Of a stretch of 12,938 bases of DNA, positions 5,569 through 12,915 are shown piece by piece (position 1 is the stretch's first letter; every line of letters starts with the position of its first letter). The notes beneath the pieces are model-generated. The model ran no database searches, was not told the DNA's origin, and saw nothing but the letters and a program-made list of their open reading frames with translations. The position numbers and the translations under genes were made by a program. This DNA is from Epithemia pelagica (Eukaryota; Protista; Bacillariophyta), in NCBI GenBank assembly GCA_946965045.2, contig CAMPTO020000006.1:1-12938 (forward strand), given 5' to 3'.

Positions 5569-5641
5569 GCAGCTATCGTCTAGTGGTTAGGACGCTCGCC
5601 TCACACGCGAGAGATCGTCGGTTCAATCCCGACTAGCTGTA
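5569..5641 (+). tRNA. tRNA-Val(CAC)
   Basis: CTCGC-CTCACAC-GCGAG. Confidence 0.97.
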
Positions 5642-5731
5642 ATTTCTTTTTGAACTTTCCTTCACATTTTCGTTCAATGCAACGATCGAAAAGATGTCCC
5701 CATGCAGATAATAGTTTTGCCTACTATCAGA

Positions 5732-5803
5732 TCCGCTGTAGTATAGTGGTTAGAACAGCCGGCTCTCACCCGGCAGACCGGGGTTCAATTCCCCGCAGCG
5801 GAA
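5732..5803 (+). tRNA. tRNA-Glu(CTC)
   Basis: GCCGG-CTCTCAC-CCGGC. Confidence 0.97.
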
Positions 5804-5897
5804 AATACCTTTTTTTAGACCAAGTTTTGGAGAGAAGAATTTCTGACTTTTGAATATTAACGCCATCATGTAAATCTGGATGAAGAAAATAATCAGT

Positions 5898-5969
5898 GGC
5901 TTAGTGGTCTAGTGGCATGATTCTCGCTTCGGGTGCGAGAGGTCCAGGGTTCGATTCCCTGCTGAGCCC
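5898..5969 (+). tRNA. tRNA-Pro(CGG)
   Basis: CTCGC-TTCGGGT-GCGAG. Confidence 0.97.
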
Positions 5970-6036
5970 CTCTTTTTATTTAGGTAGTTTCTTGCTTGGG
6001 AATTGTTTAGAAAAATTATTTCCACATCTTTTCGAC

Positions 6037-6126
6037 CACCAAAATCCCAAGATGAGGAAGTTTGGAAAAGTGCATTTTTGTGAAAGTATTTTGCCATATC
6101 TTTGTTGTCACCAAAATCCCAAGATG
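6037..6126. repeat. 18-nt direct repeat CACCAAAATCCCAAGATG (6037-6054, 6109-6126)
   Basis: Exact match, 72-nt period. Confidence 0.8.
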
Positions 6127-6183
6127 GTGAGAGAATCTTGAAAAATCATTTTCCATATTTTCACTTCCCAGTGAAAAAGAGAA

Positions 6184-6256
6184 TACCCATGGTGGGGATC
6201 GAACCCACAATCTTTCGCTTAGGAAGCGAACGCCTTATCCATTGGGCTACACGGGC
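6184..6256 (-). tRNA. tRNA-Arg(CCT)
   Basis: TTCGC-TTCCTAA-GCGAA. Confidence 0.97.
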
Positions 6257-6362
6257 CTAATAGTTTTACCTTCTTTCCTTTTCTCTGGGGTGGTCAAATT
6301 TAGGACAAGAGACTTTTCTGCATGACCACCCCACAATGATTCTTTGGTTTAAATGAATGTGA

Positions 6363-6435
6363 GCCTCCCTAGCTCAGTCGGTAGAGCGCAAGGCCCTTAA
6401 CCTTGTGGTCGCGGGTTCGAGCCCCGCGGGAGGTG
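6363..6435 (+). tRNA. tRNA-Lys(CTT), copy 1, C33
   Basis: CAAGG-CCCTTAA-CCTTG; identical to 11364-11436. Confidence 0.96.
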
Positions 6436-6701
6436 CTTTTCTTTTTGAATGTTTACGATTTTGCAGGTTTCTGAGATTTTGAGGCAAATGAAAACCAAAA
6501 AATATTTCCTCCACTTGATCTCAGTTCTGTTTCGTTGGCAAGTTGAGAGTGGAATTTGGGTGAAAATATGTGTTTTCCGAACCAACACAGGACTCCCACC
6601 GACCGGTGTAGGTTTTGCGTTCAACCAGGTGTGAACTGCTTCCACTCGCGAAAAGTGCCAGACCCTTTTGCTGGGGATAGCACGTTTCAGCCCCACAACT
6701 T

Positions 6702-7214
6702 ATCTCCTTTCTGGGCATGTCCAGTGTGCTCAGCTGCCGCTTCTTGGCGACTCACCAGTACAGAATGGTGGAATCCAGCACAGAATGGAATGGCTGGGAA
6801 ATCCTTAGCAATCCATAATTCAGATGGAAAAACTCCTGACCTGGCTATTGAATTTTCGGATCATTTTCTCAGTCACAATGCAAGCACAGAATGGAAACCA
6901 AAACCAAGCACAGAATGGAACACGGCTATAAGACTCCAGCCATTCCATTCTGTGCTGGTTTTTCGTTTCCATTCTGTGCTTGCATTGTGACTGAGAAAAT
7001 GATCTGAAAATTCAATACCCGGGTCAGGAGTTTTTTTTTCCACTCCTAACAAATCCTTACAGTAAGCCTATAAGTCTCCAGCCATTCCATTCTGTGCTGG
7101 TTTTTGGAGCCCATTCTGTGAGCACTCGCTCGGGCCTGTACTGGAGTATAGCGGCCAGGCCATCTCCCTTCTGCGTTCCTGCCTGTCACATCCAGTGCTC
7201 AGTTGCTGCTTCTT
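6702..7214. repeat. Nested foldback element: ~95-bp inverted arms 6826-6920/6943-7041, outer 23-bp IR 6775-6797/7078-7100, flanking imperfect direct repeats 6702-6745/7162-7214
   Basis: Direct comparison of arms; CAGAATGG/CCATTCTG sub-repeat occurs four times per side. Confidence 0.9.
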
Positions 7215-7255
7215 CAGCACAACCGCATCACACATCACATCACCAAAAAATAGAA

Positions 7256-7327
7256 AGGCAACTGGGGGGATCGAACCCCCGACCCTTGGTTTACAAGACC
7301 AATGCTCTGCCACTGAGCTAAATCGCC
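7256..7327 (-). tRNA. tRNA-Thr(TGT)
   Basis: TTGGT-CTTGTAA-ACCAA. Confidence 0.97.
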
Positions 7328-7409
7328 GCTGATTAAGATGCTTTTGCTGTTTCTCCTGCGAAGAAGTTTTTCAAGACAACACAGAAAGGAAAGTGTGTAA
7401 AAAAAGAAA

Positions 7410-7480
7410 TGACCCTAGACGGAATCGAACCGCCGTTGATGGATTTGGAATCCATAGTGCTACCGCTACACCATAGGGCC
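7410..7480 (-). tRNA. tRNA-Trp(CCA)
   Basis: ATGGA-TTCCAAA-TCCAT; 71 nt; A73. Confidence 0.93.
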
Positions 7481-7565
7481 CATGATTTAGGGCTTCAATG
7501 CGTTTAGCATGAAGGTGGAAATTTTGCTGAAAATCCCACACAAAGGAAAAAGACACACAAAAAAG

Positions 7566-7638
7566 TGCGAGGTGCCAGGATCGAACTGACGACCTTAGGA
7601 TTATGGGACCTACGCGCTCCCGACTGCGCCAACCTCGC
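7566..7638 (-). tRNA. tRNA-Met(CAT), elongator type, C33
   Basis: TAGGT-CCCATAA-TCCTA; U31:U39, G1-C72 and T54 indicate an elongator. Confidence 0.95.
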
Positions 7639-7762
7639 CTTGATATTATCGTATCATTAAGAAATACATGGGGTGCAAATTTCTACAGGTTTGTGTGGCA
7701 AAAAAATTTTTTTGAGCCAAAAAATTTTATGGGCTTCTGTGAAAACAATGACAGTTGTAGAA

Positions 7763-7846
7763 CCTCTCGTAGCTCAATTGGTAGAGCGCTCGACTGTAGA
7801 ATACTCGGTTATCGAGCGGTCGCTGGTTCGATTCCGGCCGAGAGGA
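7763..7846 (+). tRNA. tRNA-Tyr(GTA) with 11-nt intron (7800-7810)
   Basis: CTCGA-CTGTAG[AATACTCGGTT]A-TCGAG; 73+11 nt. Confidence 0.96.
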
Positions 7847-7923
7847 TTTTTTTCGTTTTCGTGTTCCAGATTATTTTCTGCAAACAGATGACTGCCTAAA
7901 AACAAAGAACGGTGAGAATTACA

Positions 7924-8005
7924 GCAGTCGTATCCAAGTGGTTACGGAGGTGGACTAGAAATCCATTGGGCTCTGCCCGCGCAGGTTCAAGTCCTGCCGA
8001 CTGCG
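7924..8005 (+). tRNA. tRNA-Ser(AGA)
   Basis: GTGGA-CTAGAAA-TCCAT; long variable arm; G73. Confidence 0.97.
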
Positions 8006-8103
8006 ATTCATTTTTTGTTCACGAATTTTCGTGCATTTTCGTCGTTTCTGTGCTCATTTTAGACCATTTTGATGCGCGAAATTAAATCAGAGTGAAGATT
8101 GTA

Positions 8104-8175
8104 TCCTCGGTAGTATAGAGGTCAGTATTTCCGCCTGTCACGCGGAAGACCCGGGTTCAATTCCCGGCCGGGGAA
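8104..8175 (+). tRNA. tRNA-Asp(GTC), A73
   Basis: TCCGC-CTGTCAC-GCGGA. Confidence 0.95.
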
Positions 8176-8237
8176 TTCTTTTTTGTACAGGGCTCCCACT
8201 CATTGTTTCGTTTCTTTTCTGATGAAAATCAAATCAG

Positions 8238-8310
8238 GCCCCGTTGGCGCAATGGATAGCGCGTTGGACTTCGAATCCAAAGGTTGCGGGTTCGAGTCCC
8301 GCACGGGGTT
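8238..8310 (+). tRNA. tRNA-Arg(TCG)
   Basis: TTGGA-CTTCGAA-TCCAA. Confidence 0.97.
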
Positions 8311-8595
8311 AACTTTTTGAACATTGTTTTTTTGAACTTTTTTGAAACACAAAAAAGTGAGAGGTTGGTGTCAAATGAATTACAGTGACAAGTTACAGTC
8401 ACAACAGATAAAAACATTGGGTCCAGTGGGAAGGGGTCACCCCGGGATTTTGGATTTTTTGGTAGTCAACCCACCCATAAGAACCTTGAAAAAATTTTGG
8501 GAAAAACTTGAAAACTGGAAATTCTTTGAAAAGCTGACATTTCAGAAAAAATTTTCTGAACATGAAAATTTTGCTTCCCCCTTTAAAAAAAGAAC

Positions 8596-8667
8596 TGCAC
8601 TTACCGGGAGTCGAACCCGGGCCGCTCGCTTGGAAGGCGAGAATACTAACCGTTATACCATAAGTGC
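8596..8667 (-). tRNA. tRNA-Gly(TCC)
   Basis: CTCGC-CTTCCAA-GCGAG. Confidence 0.97.
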
Positions 8668-8756
8668 TGTTACTTTCATGCAAAGTGTTTTCTTTGTGAG
8701 GGGCGATTTCAAAATGAAAATAATTTCAAATTCTTCAAATTGCCTAAAAAAAGAAG

Positions 8757-8828
8757 CAACCGTGGCAGGACTCGAACCTGCAACCGCCTGATCCGTGGTC
8801 AGGCGCTCTTCCATTGAGCCACACGGTC
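8757..8828 (-). tRNA. tRNA-Arg(ACG), C33
   Basis: CCTGA-CCACGGA-TCAGG. Confidence 0.96.
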
Positions 8829-8917
8829 CATGTCTTTAGGCAATAGTATTTTTTATGTGGCCTGCATATTTTTGGAGTTGAAAAAAAAATTTAGACGGTT
8901 GATTGTACAGCTAAAAA

Positions 8918-8990
8918 AGCGGTTACCGAGAATTGAACTCGGGTCTCCCGTGCCACAAACGGGTGTTCTAAACCACTAAACCATAACCGC
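8918..8990 (-). tRNA. tRNA-His(GTG), U73
   Basis: CCCGT-TTGTGGC-ACGGG. Confidence 0.96.
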
Positions 8991-9106
8991 TTGAATATTC
9001 CCACTTATTGGGATCTCAGAAAGGGTTTTATTTCGAGGGATATTGTGAAATATTTTTCAACCATGCAACGAGCGGCAACTCGAGCACAATTTCGACTAAT
9101 ATCGTA

Positions 9107-9176
9107 GCGTAATTGGTCTAGTGGTAGAATGGCCCCCCGCCACGGGGTCGGCCGGGTTCGATTCCCGGATTACGCA
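9107..9176 (+). tRNA. tRNA-Gly(GCC), C33, 3-nt variable loop
   Basis: GCCCC-CCGCCAC-GGGGT; 70 nt. Confidence 0.93.
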
Positions 9177-9416
9177 CTCTCTTTTTGCGATTGACAAAAG
9201 CAAAACAATATGGTTTCGGACAGTTTCAGGTCAGTCACAAACTCGTTCAAAACGAAAAAGTGGAAATGATATGTACTCTTTCTTGTGTAAGGATTCTTAG
9301 TGGAGAAAGAAATTTTTTGTCTGATGCCGGTTTTTGCTCGACATAGTAAGTCAGTTCAGTCACAACTTCCGTCACAATCGAAAAAAAAATTTGACTCATA
9401 TGTTTATAAACCCATG

Positions 9417-9653
9417 CTGACTTACATGTTTATTTGTTCACAAAAATCCCAGTTCATAAACATGTAAGTCAGTATGGCCGCTCTGGTGGCCGCATGTTTT
9501 TGGGTTAACTTACGTGTTTATGAAAAACCTGACTTACATGTTTATTTGTTCACAAAATTCCCTGGGTTAATAACCATGTAAGTCAGGTTTTTCATAACCA
9601 TGTAAGTCAGGTTGGGACTACAACATGTTCATAAACCCAACCTGACTTACATG
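9417..9653. repeat. Array of three perfect inverted repeats built on the 12-mer CTGACTTACATG
   Basis: 17 bp 9417-9433/9456-9472; 23 bp 9518-9540/9575-9597; 18 bp 9599-9616/9636-9653. Confidence 0.92.
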
Positions 9654-9722
9654 TATATTTCTTCACAAAATTCCCAAGATATGGCCGGTGCACTGGTCAG
9701 AGACATCACGTTTGCGGGCCAA

Positions 9723-9836
9723 CCCCCCTGTGCGCCCGATTAGCTTACCCCCCTGTGCGCCCGATTAGGAATACCCCCCTGTGCGCCCGATTAGGGATCC
9801 CCCTGTGCGCCCGATTAGCTTACCCCCTGTGCGCCC
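9723..9836. repeat. GC-rich ~25-nt tandem repeat C5-6TGTGCGCCCGATTAG, 4 full units plus 1 partial
   Basis: Units at 9723, 9748, 9774, 9799 and 9823, separated by CTTA/GAATA/GGAT/CTTA. Confidence 0.93.
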
Positions 9837-9862
9837 ACCTACCTAGTCACTGTGACCAGGTG

Positions 9863-9882
9863 CCTGGTCAGATCTGACCAGG
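9863..9882. repeat. Perfect 20-bp palindrome CCTGGTCAGATCTGACCAGG
   Basis: Self-complementary; half-sites also at 9693-9701 and 9853-9860. Confidence 0.9.
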
Positions 9883-10196
9883 TACCCTTACTAATATGCC
9901 TTACCAATATGGCCAGGGGTGTGGTATGTTGGGTGCACAAGGGAGTTTCACGATGGGGGAATACATGCTGGACATGTGCCTTATCTTATGCACAGGTGCA
10001 ATGGATGGCATAGCAAACCCGTATGCCCATTGCGTGTGTGGGTTTGCTGGCCTAGGACTGTACGGAAAGTGCACGGGTCCACCACAGTACAACCAGTCAT
10101 GCACCAAGGGCAACTGGCTGTTTTATCAATTTTTGAACTTTTTTTTAGACATTGCCAAACCTTCTCCATAATCTGAGATCTTGGGAAACAAGATAA

Positions 10197-10268
10197 GCTC
10201 GCGTGGCGCAATGGAAGCGCGTCGGTTCCCGACGCCGGAGGTTGCGGGTTCGATCCCCGCCGCGAGTA
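10197..10268 (+). tRNA. tRNA-Arg(CCG), C33
   Basis: TCGGT-TCCCGAC-GCCGG; Arg-like body with D-loop AATGGAA. Confidence 0.9.
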
Positions 10269-10379
10269 CTTTTTGTTCATTCCAAAATATTTTTAGATTT
10301 CCTCCTTTGCCAAATTGAAAATTCAGAAATGCGAAAATATCAAAAAACAGCTCCGAAATTTGAAAGCAATTAAAAAGGA

Positions 10380-10451
10380 TTCCCCCTCCGGGGTTTGAAC
10401 CCGGGTCGCCTGGGTGAAAGCCAGGTATACTAACCACTGTACTAAAGGGGA
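10380..10451 (-). tRNA. tRNA-Glu(TTC)
   Basis: CCTGG-CTTTCAC-CCAGG. Confidence 0.97.
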
Positions 10452-10548
10452 GGTGATACTTAGGCACAATCCAAAAAGGGTACTTTTGTGCAAGGAACAC
10501 GGAATTTCAAACGAAAAAATAAATAAAAATGAAAATCCAAAAAGACAA

Positions 10549-10620
10549 GGGCTCGGCGGGGAATTGAACCCCGGACCTCTCGCACCCTAAGCGAGAATCA
10601 TGCCACTAGACCACCGAGCC
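10549..10620 (-). tRNA. tRNA-Pro(AGG)
   Basis: CTCGC-TTAGGGT-GCGAG. Confidence 0.97.
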
Positions 10621-10734
10621 ACGAATTCTCTCGCATTCTCTTCGTAACGCGGCCATAAGTTTCCATCATTCCTTGTGTGTGTTTTCGTTTTGAATAAGGT
10701 CCCCATGTAAATGCTGTCTTCGCTAACAATCAGA

Positions 10735-10807
10735 TCCTCCTTGGCGCAGTCGGTAGCGCGTCAGGCTGTTAACCTGCAGGTCGTTGGTTCGAACCCAACA
10801 GGAGGAG
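10735..10807 (+). tRNA. tRNA-Asn(GTT), copy 2
   Basis: Identical to 5291-5363. Confidence 0.96.
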
Positions 10808-11061
10808 ATTTTTCATTTTTTTGAGTTTTTGATTCTATTTTTGATTTTGAGCTAAAAATCCACATTGTGTGTCATCTTGATGTTGAAACTATTTTTCAGA
10901 TTTCCAAGGTTGTCTCACCAAAAAAACCAAACATCTTGAATGCTGTCCTAACTTGGAGATTGTTGACCTGAAGATAAAACAGATTTTGTCAGGTTTTTTT
11001 TTTTGAGTTTGAAAAAGTTCAGAACAGAATGAAAAAAGGGATCGATGCAGTGTATAAAAAA

Positions 11062-11143
11062 CGCGAACGGCAAGGTTCGAACTTGCGCATGCAGAGCACA
11101 CTCGCTTAGCAGGCGAGCCCCGTAACCACTTGGGTACGTCCGC
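11062..11143 (-). tRNA. tRNA-Ser(GCT)
   Basis: CTCGC-CTGCTAA-GCGAG; long variable arm. Confidence 0.97.
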
Positions 11144-11363
11144 TTAATTACCTGTCAGTACTTAGGACGAAGCTTGTACTTTGTTTAACGACACGTTAGT
11201 GATCACTTGTGTGGTCACCAAAAATCATCGCAATTGTGACCACCAAAAAAATTTTTTGGGCACGATTTCGCGCGATGGTGAGCTCATTGCACGACGGCCG
11301 ACACACCATGTTTTCCAACAAATTTAAAAAATTCCAGAAAAATTCAGGTATCAATACAAAAAG

Positions 11364-11436
11364 CACCTCCCGCGGGGCTCGAACCCGCGACCACAAGGTT
11401 AAGGGCCTTGCGCTCTACCGACTGAGCTAGGGAGGC
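11364..11436 (-). tRNA. tRNA-Lys(CTT), copy 2, C33
   Basis: Identical to 6363-6435, opposite strand. Confidence 0.96.
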
Positions 11437-11538
11437 TCATATTAACTTAAATCAAAGAATCAACGTGGGGTACTTGTGTGTACCTGCAACCACCAAATTT
11501 TCCATCGTTGTTGCGTGAACAAAAGGATCCGGATTATC

Positions 11539-11610
11539 TCTCCTATGGTGTAGTGGTTAGCACCCTGGACTTTGAATCCAGTAGCCGCGGTTCAAACCCG
11601 CGTGGGAGAA
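11539..11610 (+). tRNA. tRNA-Gln(TTG)
   Basis: CTGGA-CTTTGAA-TCCAG. Confidence 0.97.
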
Positions 11611-11724
11611 CTTTTCTTTTTCCAAGTGTTTTCAATATTTTTTGGAGCTTTGTCACACACATCTTCAATCTCTGCATTTGATGACAAAACATAGATCACA
11701 GAAATCAAACGAAAAGGTAAAGAA

Positions 11725-11806
11725 CGCTGACGGCAGGGTTCGAACCTGCGCGGGCAGAGCCCAGTGGATTTCAAGTCCACCTCCGTAACCACTTGGATAC
11801 GTCAGC
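11725..11806 (-). tRNA. tRNA-Ser(TGA)
   Basis: GTGGA-CTTGAAA-TCCAC; long variable arm. Confidence 0.97.
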
Positions 11807-11882
11807 ATAGTTGAGGAAGTACAACGCCCCAGATCCTGAAAATGAGCGCAAAAAGAGAATCCAATTGATCCAAAAAAGTAGG

Positions 11883-11954
11883 CACCCGCCGTGGGGATCG
11901 AACCCACGACCATTGGATTAAAAGTCCAACGCTCTACCGCTGAGCTAGGCGGGC
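11883..11954 (-). tRNA. tRNA-Lys(TTT)
   Basis: TTGGA-CTTTTAA-TCCAA. Confidence 0.97.
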
Positions 11955-12067
11955 ATTCGTTTTAAAGGAAAGAGTCAATTTCAAGGCTTGTTGCGTTCTT
12001 GAAAAAAACTGACAAAAAGACGAACAGAAAGTGCCCCAAGTACGTCTCCTTGAGGGACATTTATCAG

Positions 12068-12139
12068 GGGCGTTTAGCTCAGTGGTAGAGCGCCCGTTCT
12101 GCATACGGGAGGCCGAGGGTTCGAACCCCTCAATGTCCA
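12068..12139 (+). tRNA. tRNA-Ala(TGC), C33
   Basis: CCCGT-TCTGCAT-ACGGG; G3:U70. Confidence 0.96.
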
Positions 12140-12239
12140 TTTTTTTGCCTTATTTTGTTGATTATTTTTTGGTTGGGCCAGTTAACACACAAAAATATGA
12201 ACTGGCACCATTGTGCAGTGCCTGCGATGAGGATGTGTG

Positions 12240-12659
12240 TGATGGTCCAATTGGCGAGTCTGATGTCATAATGTGTTCAGGAACATCCAAATGACCCATT
12301 TTCCCAACGTTTTCACATTTTTGAGCATTTTGCTATTACGCAATAGTGGTACAATAGGCATTTTACTGGGTCATTTTAACCAACTCTATCAGGACACTTC
12401 TGATGCTCCAATTGGCGATTCTGACCTCATAATGGCTTCATGAGCAGCCGAATAACCCGTTTTCCAAATATTTTCACATTTTTGAACATTTTGCCATTCG
12501 TGGAATGGTGGCACAAAAGTCATTTTACTGGGTCATTTTCGCCAACTCGATCAGGGGACACTTCTGGTGCTCCAATTTGCGGTTCTGACCTCATAATGGA
12601 TTCAAGAGCACCCAAATAACCCATTTTCCCAACGTTTTCACATTTTTGACCATTTTGCT
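12240..12659. repeat. ~161-164-nt imperfect tandem repeat, ~2.6 copies
   Basis: CCAATT anchors at 12247, 12408 and 12572; TTTTCACATTTTTGA and CATTTTACTGGGTCATTTT recur. Confidence 0.9.
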
Positions 12660-12764
12660 GTTGCAGAGTATCAGTAAGATGAGGTCATGCAAATACAGTT
12701 TTGTGCACAACAGAAAAAAAATAGTGTGTACCCCAGGTTGGCGATTCCTTTCGTCATTATTGTC

Positions 12765-12837
12765 GGTCGTGTAGCTCAGTCGGTAGAGCATTGGTCTAAT
12801 AAGCCAACGGTCCCAGGTTCGAGCCCTGTCACGACCA
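12765..12837 (+). tRNA. tRNA-Ile(AAT)
   Basis: TTGGT-CTAATAA-GCCAA; C49:U65 mismatch in the T stem. Confidence 0.94.
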
Positions 12838-12915
12838 ATACTTTTTCTACTACTTTGACTTTGACCTGTTCAAAAAATGTTGGCCGTGTAAAAAATATGC
12901 ATACCCTAAAACAAG

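Noticed and set aside
6580-6720. tRNA-Sec, MRP or minor-spliceosome snRNA in this GC-richer patch
   Set aside because: No cloverleaf, no correctly ordered P4 strands, no Sm site or U11/U12 motif.
7410-7480. UGA-readthrough tRNA-Trp with a 4-bp anticodon stem
   Set aside because: The stem ATGGA/TCCAT has five Watson-Crick pairs.
9107-9176. tRNA-Gly(GCC) and tRNA-Ile(AAT, 12765-12837) as pseudogenes
   Set aside because: Each has a single irregularity (3-nt variable loop; C49:U65) with intact A/B boxes, stems and terminators.
9723-9836. CRISPR array
   Set aside because: Inter-unit sequences are only 4-5 nt and one recurs; the context is eukaryotic and there are no cas genes.
9896-10176. Cys/Gly-rich overlapping ORFs as a small protein, or a further snRNA
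   Set aside because: There is no recognisable motif, three overlapping ORFs are of similar weak quality, and neither promoter class is convincingly placed.
10197-10268. Reading this tRNA as Gly(CCC)
   Set aside because: Shifting the loop by one base breaks the anticodon stem; the body and D-loop are Arg-like.
219-12791. The listed ORFs as protein-coding genes
   Set aside because: All are short and low-complexity. Most overlap snRNA, tRNA or repeat sequence on either strand, and none has a recognisable intact domain.
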